In this document: positions 53,320 through 64,000 of the stretch, piece by piece
How the letters are laid out: each line of letters begins with the position of its first letter
Position numbering within the stretch: the stretch's first letter is position 1
Assembly (NCBI GenBank): GCA_012295275.1
Contig: CM022669.1
Coordinates: forward strand, 8,556,001 to 8,620,000
Origin: Chrysomallon squamiferum
Lineage: Eukaryota > Animalia > Mollusca
DNA length: 64,000 bases
Direction of reading: 5' to 3'
Translations under genes and position numbers: made by a program
The notes under the pieces: model-generated
What the model was told of the DNA's origin: nothing
The model's database searches: none
The model's input: the letters and a program-made list of their open reading frames with translations, nothing else

Positions 53320-54419
53320 ATTTTCCATGCTCGTGAAAAGAGGTAATTACATTTTCTCAGCTCGATCGTGTTCCAGTGGTTTTTGTCCAGAGCGAGTTGT
53401 CCAAATATCTTTGTCCGAGAAAGACGGTATAGAGTAGTAGCAGTAATAGTAGTAGTAGAAGTATTAGTAGTAGTTATAGTAGAAGTTATAGTAGTAATAG
53501 TAGTAATAGTGGTAATAGTAATAGTATTAGTATTAGTAGTAGTAGTAACATTAGTAGAAGTAGTTGCAGTAGTTATAGTAGTAGTAGTAGTAATAGTGGT
53601 TATAGTAATAGTAGTAGTAGTAGCAGTAGTAGTAACCTTAGTAGAAGTAGTTGCAGTAGTTATAGTACTAGTAGTAGTAATAGTGGTAATAGTAGTAGTA
53701 GTAATAGTAGTTGTAGTAGTAGTAGTAGTAGTAGTAACCTTAGTAGAAGTAGTAGTAGTAGTTATAGTACTAGTAGTAGTAATAGTGGTAATAGTAGTAG
53801 TAGTAATAGTAGTTGTAGTAGTAGTAGTAGTAGTAGTAATAACAGTAAGGTAGCAGTAGCAATAGCAGTAGTAGTGGTGGTGGTGGTAGTAGTAGTAGTA
53901 GTAGAGGTAGTAATATAAAAAGTAGCAACAGTAATAGGACTAGTAGGAATATACCATTGATCATGACGATAATGATATCCATGATGGCAACAACTCTAAT
54001 GAGAAGACAAATCTTCTGTTCTGCTACTATGAAACAAATGTATACATCAAATATATTCAGTCTGTTGCTTGCAGCAGTGTGATATTTTTTAAATATGTCA
54101 TTGTTTATATGGCGTATTACAAAATATATTGTAATATTTTACGTCATTATTACTTAAACTATTTGACAAAGATAAATATTTTATTTCATAGGTATGTACG
54201 TACCAGTCACAGTGACAGGAACCGTTGTTGTCGATTATGGGTTCAAATTATGGGTTTATTGACCACGATTTTGAACGTTTCATCCTTTCTCCTTTCCACT
54301 TGTTTCCATGGCTACTGAAACCTTGGCAAGAAGACGGATCTAGTCCAGTAATAGAAGGAATGAGATATATCGGTGGCTTGTTTATTCCTGGGAATTTCGA
54401 CGCTTTGCTAAGTTTTTAA
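53320..54419 (+). pseudogene. Divergent Hint-gene remnant (exons 5 and 6 only)
   Basis: Exon 5 53320-53426 (107 nt; FSMLVKRGNYIFSARSCSSGFCPERVVQISLSEKD). Exon 6 54192-54419 reads GMYVPVTVTGTVVVD, frameshift, MGSNYGFIDHDFERFILSPFHLFPWLLKPWQEDGSSPVIEGMRYIGGLFIPGNFDALLSF*. No exons 1-4 found upstream. Confidence 0.78.
53430..53910. repeat. (GTA)n low-complexity tract
   Basis: Degenerate GTA/ATA triplets; source of the poly-V ORF 53368-53853. Confidence 0.9.
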
Positions 54420-55402
54420 TCTCGGATTTTATTTTTTCGGTTTGTCTTGATAATGATGAAGAGATACGAAATCCGGAGAGTCTTCTGGTTCGTCATTAAT
54501 TTTTTAGTGAATGAGAGAACAATAAGTTCAAATTTACATGCAGCTTCGCATTTAGACTTGAGAGGTCCTTAGCTATATGAAGTCCTAATGCCTCCCGTCT
54601 TTATTAAATTAATTTACCCCAGCAGGTCTTACACAACATGAAATAGCAAAGTGAAAAATACAAATTATTTTCAAGTGCTCGACTGCATCAGTAGACATAA
54701 GTTCAGGTGGAAACTGATTGGATTATATGTCGTCAGCGGCATCTGACTTTTTTTGTGAGTCATGAGTGGACTTTGTTCTGTGCCAGTGCGTTCCCGAATA
54801 CTGTCTATGTGCAGAGTCTAAATCAGAAGTACATAAGACAGAATATTCAAATCAGGAAATAGATACTTGCCAGTGTCAAGTTTCCTACACAAAAAAAATA
54901 TAAATATATTCACGCAAAAATGACGACCTGCTTCGGGGTTATGCGATGATTTTACCCTTAATTACTGAAGAACTTTTTCTAGGGTAACGTCATCCATCCA
55001 TCTTCGGAGTGCAGGTGAATGGGTGCCATCTGATGTGATTTGTGAGGTCGTGATTGCACTTTGTTCTCCTGAATATTGTCTATCTGCACCTAAAATACAT
55101 ACATACATATACACACATGCAGATACACGCAACATGCGAAGTCAGGACCAGTTTTCCCCATATCAGTCATTACAATAAGAATTCTAGGTCTTTATGAGAA
55201 CGCACGAATAACGTCCATTCCAAACTGTGCGAGAAAACATTTCACTTCACAAGAAGTTGAATATACTGTGAGGACAGACACGGATGTAGTGTGACAAATG
55301 TGGTTTTGTTTGTTTCTATACATTTATTTAAAGCATTTGCGACGTCTTCTTCTTCAGTGGCATTTGCTTCACTGATGACGTCTATCTGTGTATTTAAATT
55401 AG

Positions 55403-55509
55403 ATTTTCGATGGAAGTGGAAGCAGGTGATTACATTTTCACATCACAATACTGTTCTACTGATCTCTGTCCAGACAGAGTCGTACAAATATCTTTTTCAC
55501 AGATACAAG
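55403..55509 (+). pseudogene. Highly divergent orphan exon 5
   Basis: AG..GT-bounded 107-nt exon FSMEVEAGDYIFTSQYCSTDLCPDRVVQISFSQIQ, followed by a (TAC)n intron start as in G1/G3/G6. Confidence 0.72.
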
Positions 55510-56025
55510 GTACTACTTCTACTACTACTACTACTACTACTAATACTACTAATACTACTAATATTACTGCTACTACTTCTACTACTACTGCTACTACTAC
55601 TACTAATAATAACAACAACAACAACAATACTTCTAATAATAACAATAATAAATGTTCTTGTGTTGAAATAGATCTAAGATATATTTTAGTATGTTTTTGT
55701 GTGTGTGTGTGTGTGTGTGTGTCTGTCTGTCTGTCTGTGTGTGTGATTGTTTTCCTTGCCATACTGTTATTTTATTGGCTTATTAAAATACCTTTTATAG
55801 TTACTCTACGGGAAGAAAACAACAAGCTGATCAAGACTACAATGAGAGATGGCTGAATGTTCTAGTGTTGCAACTAGAAGTTGTAAGAATGAGATTTAAT
55901 GTGGGTCTATAATATTGTCTAAAATAATTGTTTAATATATACTTTCTAAAAAAAATAATATTAATAATTTTTCTTGTGTGTTGAAATTGATCTAAAATTA
56001 ATCTGATTCCGTCATTAGATACATT

Positions 56026-56056
<31 letters not shown>

Positions 56057-56714
56057 TTCTTTTCTTCGCTATATTGTTATTTTATTGATTGATTAAAATA
56101 TCTTTTGTAGTTGATAGTTCTACGCGTGTCATTTTATGTTTCAGTGCTTCAGTATAGGAATTCTTCTAGTGCCAAAACTGTCTCATAAAGATGACAGACT
56201 CTTAAAAGGATTATTTGAAAAATTTGAAAAATACGAAAACGACGTGTCCTTTGCTGTTTTCTTTTTTTTTTTTATTATGGGCATCAACGGGAAGAAAATC
56301 GACAATCTTACACTGACGTAATTTGACAAAATTTGTTTAAAAGTTCACGTATACACCACTGGTCAACATTTATTATTATTTTTATTTTTTTTTTTTTTAA
56401 ATCAACAATCTTGCCTCCCTCGGGGAGAATCCACATACACTCATGAAGGTCGGGATAGGGGTCGGGGAGAAGAGGGGAACAGCCAGGGAAGGAAGGTGAA
56501 GAAGGGTGGAGCAGGATGGGGCTGAACGTCATAGGGCTGCACACGACTGGTCTTGTCAGACAGAACCGGGCTGGACAGCACTGGACACTAATGGATAACA
56601 TGGGCGTGACAATACCGGACTGTACCGGGCTCCAGCGGACTGCACCGGTCTGAATGTGACAGTAACGCAGACTGACTGAGTTAACTGGTCAGAACTAAAG
56701 AGGACTGTGATTGA

Positions 56715-56988
56715 CCTAACCCTAACCCAGGACCATGACCCTAAACCCAGATCCTGACCCTGACCCTAAGATCTGACCCTGACCCTAAACCCAGATTCTG
56801 ACCCTGACCCTATTTATGACCCTAACACTAAATCCAGATTCTGACCCTGACTCTAAGCCCTGACCCTGACCCTGACCCTGACCCCCAAACCCTAACCCTA
56901 ACCCTAACCCTAACCCTAACCCTAACCCTAAATCCTAACCCTAACCCTAACCTTAACCCTAATCATAAATCCTAACCCTAGCCCTAGC
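56715..56988 (-). repeat. Interstitial telomere-like (TTAGGG)n with TCAGGG variants
   Basis: Plus strand (CCCTAA)n core ~56889-56960, preceded by CCCTGA variants. Confidence 0.85.
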
Positions 56989-57913
56989 CGTCAGCCTACG
57001 GTAGAGGTATAGTATATATAAACATAGACATCCTAGATCGTGTACTTGTCATTCTCGTTCATGTAATTCAGTTTTTGCAATTCAAATAAATGTCCCTTTT
57101 GCATTTTGAGACCGTTGACAGGCTTGATTTTTTTTTTTTGTAAACAGAGTGTATCAATGATAGCTGTTTGCTAAAATCGACTCGTCTTTCTGCACATTTA
57201 ACATTGTTGTAAATTGCTTCTCAGATATCGACCAAAGCTAACTGTTCTGTTAACATTGACTGTGCGAAGTTATCTCAGATACATTATTTTTATTTTTTTT
57301 TTATTATTTTTTTTTTTTTTGGTCGACAACAGGATTTGCTGATGCTCATGTTTAGGATACGAATTAGCTGGTCATTTGATTATCGAATGCTTACAGTTGT
57401 GTTGACTAAGTGAAATCTATGTTACTGTGATTAAGTGCTTGTTTCTTCGCCAGCTGATCGATCTAGATCGTGGGTTTTGGGGAAAAATACAAGAACTGCT
57501 GCCTAAATAAAAAAAATTAAAAAAACCACTTATCGTGATGAATCGTCTCCAGAGAGATCTTGCATAACTCTCTTCAGAATTCTATCACGATTGCGTAAGT
57601 ATTAATTTTTTGTAATCGCAATTATTTCCATGAAATTTATATGTAGTGAAAAATTTAGTAAACAACCAAAGAGAGTATGCATTTTTGTATGTATGTATGT
57701 ATGTATGTAGGTAGGTAGGTTAGGATTTTGAATATTCTCTGTCGCATGTACTTCTGAATAGACTCTGCACATAGATAATATTCGGGAACGCACTGGCGCA
57801 GAGAGACAAACTCCATTCACGATTTAACAAACCACATCAAGCCGCTGACGAGACTCGAACGTATGGCATCCATTTGCCCACACTCCGAAGACGAATGAAG
57901 TTACCGTTCGGCC

Positions 57914-58843
57914 ATGAAGACAACCCAAGAAAGGTCCCTCAGTAATCGAGGGTAAAATCATCATTTAGCCGTCAGTTTTGCGTTCATCTATTTTTTTATT
58001 TTTTTATTTTTTTGATGGTAAACCTGGCACTGGCAAGTATGTATTATGTAATGTATGTATGTATGTATGTATGTATGTATGTATGTACATACATGTTGTT
58101 TTTATATTTTGTTTGTTTTTGCTATATCTATCTATTTTTTAGAGAAAAAAATTAAAAAACATAAAAACAACATGTATCTCAGACTGGGTAGAAAAACAAA
58201 ACGGTATAACAGAGTAGCTCGATTTGAAGACGGGAAGTGGAAGCTTGTGTCCAGAAATTCAGCCAGTGAGAAGAAAAAGAAGGACAAAGAACAGAAAAAG
58301 CACGTGAGTAGCACTATTCAACAAAAATTTGTTTGGTCTCTTTAATCCCTTTATATTAGAGTGAGGGTTTTTTTAAACTAGTAAAGTAAATATATATATA
58401 TATATAACATTTTAAACTTCATAAATATATTAGAATGCCAGGATATTATAATAAGGTGGAAAAATTGTGGTCCTTAGGAATAGGTTACGGATATACGGCA
58501 GATGGATAAAAAATTCAACTTAATACATTGTAATAGAACTAGATAATGAACTGTTAGAAAAAAATAAACATAACAAACACAATATGAAATGCTGATTTGA
58601 TAAATGTCTATATTTTTCAGACAGTGAACAATATTTTGACGTTTTGGAACTAAACTATATTTTACTTCGATAAATTAATTGTTATTTTTTTATATCTATC
58701 TATCTATCTATCTGTGTGACTGTCTGTCTGTCAATTTGTCTGTGTATGTGTTTTTCTGAAATGTTCAGGCGACAACGAAATCAATACAACTGCAAGAAGC
58801 TGATATCTTCGAGACCCCTGAGATGAGAAAAAACCCCAGTTAA
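57914..58843 (+). CDS. Tentative 3-exon small basic protein (77 aa), or a pseudogene remnant
   Basis: 57914-57951, 58183-58303, 58769-58843 are phase-compatible GT-AG exons: MKTTQERSLSNRGLGRKTKRYNRVARFEDGKWKLVSRNSASEKKKKDKEQKKHATTKSIQLQEADIFETPEMRKNPS*. No family recognised; the exon-2 acceptor is weak. Confidence 0.3.
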
Positions 58844-60299
58844 TTTCATTTAATTTATATTTTGTTTACGACCGCAGGATAAAAGAAATAGCTGATTCTT
58901 GTGTTCGGGCACTAGTATAATTCTGCTCAGGTCGTATGTCAGTTCGGCCTTCGAGTCTTTGCAAAAATAAAGCTAATATCAGTAACCAGCTATTCCAGAC
59001 GTACGTACATCAAAATGGCGTCAAGCAATGATCAATCCATCATTTTTCTGCAAACGTCAAAATTGTCGATCCTAGGAAACTGCTAGAATTATTTTTTAAT
59101 CGCTTCTGCAAGACCATAATTACGTTCCCTTCTAATCACTGCAGCTACTTTAGTGAAACCACATTTTCTGGGTACTGTCTGTCGTAAAGTATTCCCGAGG
59201 TGATACCCTAACAAAATGTACCATCAAACCTTCTGAATAGTCGTGCCACTATGATGGATTAAAACTGTTTTCCAAATTAAGTTTGACGGCGGCTATTTTT
59301 GCAAAACGGCTGCCTTAGGTAATCATTTTAATTTTTTTGGCAAGTAGCATCGCTAATGTTGTTCCTGGGAAATTCCTGAGCAAAATTATATCGCTCGTGG
59401 GAGAATTTGATTATCCACGGTCTCCTGCTCCAGTGATTAATAACTGCTGTGTGTATAGTGTAAAATATATGTTTTTGTAACACCCTCTTTCAAACCGCCC
59501 TAAAAAAGAAGTGATACCATAAACCAAGAGTACCACCTGTCCTAAAACTTTCCTGGGATGATGACAAAACTAAATCTAGCACCAAACCATCTCAATAGTT
59601 GGGCTGCTACGACAGCATGCTTTTAGGCTGGGTCACCTCCTGGACTGTAAGTGTCCTGGTCGTTAAAATTCTTAAAGAAAAATTGTTTAACACATGGAAT
59701 TTTCTTCTTTTTTTTTTCAATATTTTTATTATTATTAATATGATGCGGGGATCTAGTTAAGATGAAAAGAGTATTGAAATAATATGAAGTGTGTATCGTT
59801 TATAATATTTAATTTAGTTATCTCTCTCAGTGTGGATCAGTGGCACAACAATCTTTCTTACGACTACTCCTGTTCAAAAAGTTAATTATACTCATTTGTT
59901 ACCAAGACGTTAATAGTCATTTCTATTTATCTGTCTTTCTGTCATTCTCGATCAGGCATCTTTCTAACCTTTCTTTCAAATTCTGTTTGTGCATCTGTGT
60001 ATCTGTCTTAGTGTCTGTACATCTGTCTCTTCGTCTGTCTGCTTATGAATGTATATATGTATGTATTATCAGTCTGTTTGTCTGTATGTCAGTATCTCTG
60101 TAATTATTTAACTCCTGCCAAAAAATAAAAATAACAAGGATGATCACCATAATTATCAACAAACAGTAATGCTGCTGCTGCTGTTGATGATGATGATAAT
60201 AATAATAATAATAATAATATATTCGTGTTTATACCAATTTCTTTATAGTTTTCTTTTCAAGATGAAACGAATATTTTGGTGATTATTATTATAATTATA

Positions 60300-60342
<43 letters not shown>

Positions 60343-61138
60343 GTTCTAATAAACTGTGATGCGGGACTGTTATTGTAAATGCTGCTGAGAGGGTTTAATT
60401 TTCTCTCTTAGCCTGATGTGGGCTTTACAACGCAGTCACGCTGGAAATAACAGATTTATTTCTAATCAGTCTGGTGACAACTAATTGTTATTCTTTTGTT
60501 TTAACTCTTTATGGATATTTTCAGATAAAATGAATACATTTAGAGATGACAGAGCCTTAATATTTAGTAATAAATTTAGATAATGTCTTAAATTGTAGAT
60601 ATTTATTGAAAAACGCAAATAACTTGTGATAAAAATAGATGTTTACTGATCAATGTAGATTATTTTTATACATTATAAATGCAGATATTTTCTTATAATC
60701 ACAGGTATCTTTTTGGGAATATTTACTAATAAATGAGGAACATCTATGAAAAATGTAGATATTTAGTATAATTGTTGATAATGTTTGATAAATGTAGATA
60801 CATTTATATATATATATATATTTATACACACACATACAAACATACATACATACATACATACATACATTATATATATATATATGCAGATATTTATTAATGA
60901 ATGTAGATAATTACGTATAAATACTGATTTAAATGTAAATATTTTGGGGCGTTCCAGAAATAATGTAGAGATAAAAAGACCAGAAAAAGAAAGACACCAG
61001 GTTGATTTTGAAGTATTCTGAAATATTCAGAGCGAGCTGTATTATGGATTAACAAAATGATGAAGTTTTTGCTTTGCTTTTTCAAATGTTTGCTGGTGTC
61101 ATTCCGGATCAAGAGGACATCTCTTTTCTATTTACACA

Positions 61139-61247
61139 CATACATACATACATACATACATACATACATACATACATACATACATACATACATACATACA
61201 TACATACATACATACATACATACATACATACATACATACATACATAC
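61139..61247. repeat. (TACA)n microsatellite
   Basis: Direct reading. Confidence 0.95.
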
Positions 61248-61375
61248 AAACATGGATGCAATGTAGATACAAAACCAGAAAGAGATTGACAAGTGTATAC
61301 GGCAGATAAAGTTAAATGAGAAGAGATCACTGCTGTTCGCGATTAATTTAATTCTCAAACGTGTCATTAGTGACA

Positions 61376-61415
61376 GTTGCCAGGCAACACGCTTCACTAC
61401 TACCGTCGCCATTTT
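61376..61415. promoter_or_regulatory. RFX X-box plus YY1-type motif (candidate core promoter)
   Basis: GTTGCCAGGCAAC at 61376-61388 and CGCCATTTT at 61407-61415 in a locally CpG-richer patch. Confidence 0.35.
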
Positions 61416-64000
61416 AGAACGAACGACTTTAATATTTAATGGGAGTGGATTTCGTGTCCCTCAAGTGTAATTGATAAGACCTTGCAAAAAAAAAACACGT
61501 CTGTAGATCTTGTAACTAGCAATCAGAAAGGACACTTAGTCGTGTAATCGAAACGATTTCTCACACCATGTTTTACTGCACCTTTACACACGACGCTACT
61601 GGTAATACTGACAGACTAAATAATAGCTGTAGATAAAAGTCAAGTTTACGACCTTGGAGTTTCCTTTAGCGATTTAATTTTGAAATAATGAACCAGCTCA
61701 TTTTCACTGTAACTGCTGTCTCAGATTGAAAATAATTATAGTCGTGCCATTTTCATTTTTAGGTTTACCATGGCAGTACCTAGTTCGAGGTACATTTACA
61801 GTGTATCTCCGGAGTGAAATAACTGATGATATAGATAGACAGACAGACAGACAGACAGATAGATAGATAGACAGATAGATAAATATAGATAGATAGACAT
61901 GTATATTTTGTTTTACACTTTGATTTGTTTCATTTGCTGTCAAGGTTACCATTGAAAATATGGTTTTATTCCAAAAGGTGATTTATAAATATAAAAAATA
62001 AATAAGTATGTTTGCGACTTTAGCTGTCTACGCCCCCAGCCTGATCAGTAAAATATAGCAAAGTTTTAAACTTGTAACGTTCACATTAGCAGATCAAAAA
62101 AAAAACAACATCATCATCTATACAAAACATCTGACTGCAGATGAAATTCATGCTTTGTAAGTGTGTGATTTTCTCGTTTATGGAAAATAAATAACTATTA
62201 AAATAATTTATATAAGTTATTATATATATATATATATAATAACTATAAATAACTATCTTTTTTCCCTTTATTTCGTTCTTTCATATATTTCTATCATTTT
62301 TTTTCTTCTTCTTCTTCTTCTTATTATTATTATACTACTTTATTGTGTAATTTTGCTGTTTAATAGTTACACTGTGCTATTTAATACTTTACATAACTCA
62401 ACAGTCACTGTGACCTGATTGCATCAAATTCCTCACACGTTTTAATCACGAGACATTTACCCACAGCGAAAACGTGGGTATCGCATGTTGTGCCCTTGTC
62501 TGATAAGGGAAAGATTACACTGTCATTCTAAAAATAGTATATATATTAAATCGAGTTACACAATGAATAAATATAGAATTTCTACTGCAACGTGTTAACC
62601 CTATACAAATCCAGAATCTAAATTATAGCGAGTACATGTATATACAGAATTTACATTATGGCAAGTTACAGAGTATATAAAAGTAGACGTTATATTGTGA
62701 GGTGTTGCTCTTAATATTTTAAACTCTATCTGTGTGCTTGTTACATCTAAACTTTTTTGTAATTGTGTTTGTGACGTCAAAACCAATCGTGACATTGAGT
62801 TTTTTACTACTTGTTATTATTAGGTCTAAATACTGTGTTACAAACTATATGACAAGAAAGCTAGACTGTGTGAAAAAACATCTATTCTACTGGACATAAA
62901 ATATAAAATGTAACTATCCTGCTCTGCGAAATAAAATATACTACATAACTATTGTATTATGAAATATATTATATAGAACTATTATGTAAGAAAGTATTAT
63001 TATTGCTATTGCTGTGTTGCTGTCGGGTCATCACTTAAACATCTATCATTTTGTAACTCCGGGCCCACGCATTCGCGAGTTCAACCCTCCTACAAATGCG
63101 CCATCATGATAATATAACACATAGAACATAACTATCAAAACACACACACACACACACACAGTTACCAATATAACAAAAACTTACATATAAATAATTTGAT
63201 GTGATATTATTCGACGTCGCGCTCTTTAATAAAACATGCACGTTGGAAAAACGGCGAGGGAGAAAGGAGCAGACGTAATGTTACGAGTACGTTTATATTA
63301 TCAAAAAGTTATCCACACCCACATCACGCGCCTCTTACGATTTGAAGTTCAGGAAGTACACTATCATCATTCATGAATATGTAACAGAATGACAAACCTC
63401 GTTATGGGAGTTGACCTTCACCCTTTGTATAACGTGTGTATGCTCGTTCGCCAACTGTGACAGTGACAGACTTGGAATATTATTGTCCGAGGATATTTAC
63501 ATGTCGATGGAGAGTTCTTTTTACCTGATTCGTTTTGGCGAAGGACAGTTTGGTGTACACTTTGCCAAATTGGTGTTGGAATTTGGTAAGAAAAAAAGAT
63601 GATGTGTTTCGATAAAATAAGTGCGGTTTTATTTTTATTTTTGTAACACGTGGTTTGACATCATCAGATCATGATTTAGCTTATTTTATAATTTCCTGCA
63701 TGATAATTTAAGTAAATGAAATCAGAACATTAAAAAACATGTTTTATGTTACACTACACACTTTGAATTTTATTATTATTATTATTTTAATTTACTTTTC
63801 ATTTTATTTTTATTTTTATAATTTATATTTATCAGACTGTCAGTGTCAATATGGTAGTGCGTGCTGATATCAAGTTGTAAAAGAAACATTAGTGAAAAGC
63901 GTACATACTTCAATATATACACCTAGCTTAGTTAAAAGAAACACTTACTTCAGTATGTACTTACTTCAGTATATACACCTAGCTTAGTTAAAAGCGTACA

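Noticed and set aside
57760-57960. Faint resemblance to family exon 6 (TLHIDNI, IHDLTNHIKPL, SVIEG)
   Set aside because: The matches fall in different frames and are too short; the segment ends in a splice-donor-like site, unlike a terminal exon.
58990-59420. Possible DNA-transposon remnant (aaaatggcg / ggcggctatttt motifs)
   Set aside because: No terminal inverted repeats, TSD or transposase could be delimited.
63040-63105. tRNA/SINE-like B-box (GAGTTCAACCC)
   Set aside because: No convincing A-box or cloverleaf could be built by eye.
63393-63602. Exon-like ORF with hydrophobic start and GTAAGA donor
   Set aside because: In-frame stop at 63390 with no in-frame ATG or acceptor before the hydrophobic stretch; no recognisable family.

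Overview
AT-rich, microsatellite-dense animal genomic DNA with GT-AG spliced genes. An interstitial (TTAGGG)n tract fits an invertebrate such as a mollusc, but the taxon cannot be fixed from sequence. About 0-55.5 kb is a tandem/inverted array of an unusual hedgehog-related gene family, reconstructed by hand as six 6-exon copies (G1-G6; four with intact frames, two frameshifted) plus about ten relic fragments. Each encodes a signal peptide, a ~40-aa hypervariable Cys-rich peptide (CxC-x13-15-CxCGC-x7-8-CCxxC) and a Hog module (Hint autoprocessing domain starting CF, TxxH, ASC[H/Y], then an SRR-like tail). There is no Hedge domain. The Hint keeps the N-S acyl-shift residues but has Lys at the position of the cholesterol-activating Asp46, and the tail lacks the HWY motif. 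Inference: a diversifying secreted-peptide system released, and possibly C-terminally modified, by self-cleavage. The array shows nested inverted/direct segmental duplications, mosaic genes, an 82-bp minisatellite at 1, ~8 and ~22 copies, and a recurrent fold-back element. The last ~8 kb holds only weakly supported features.
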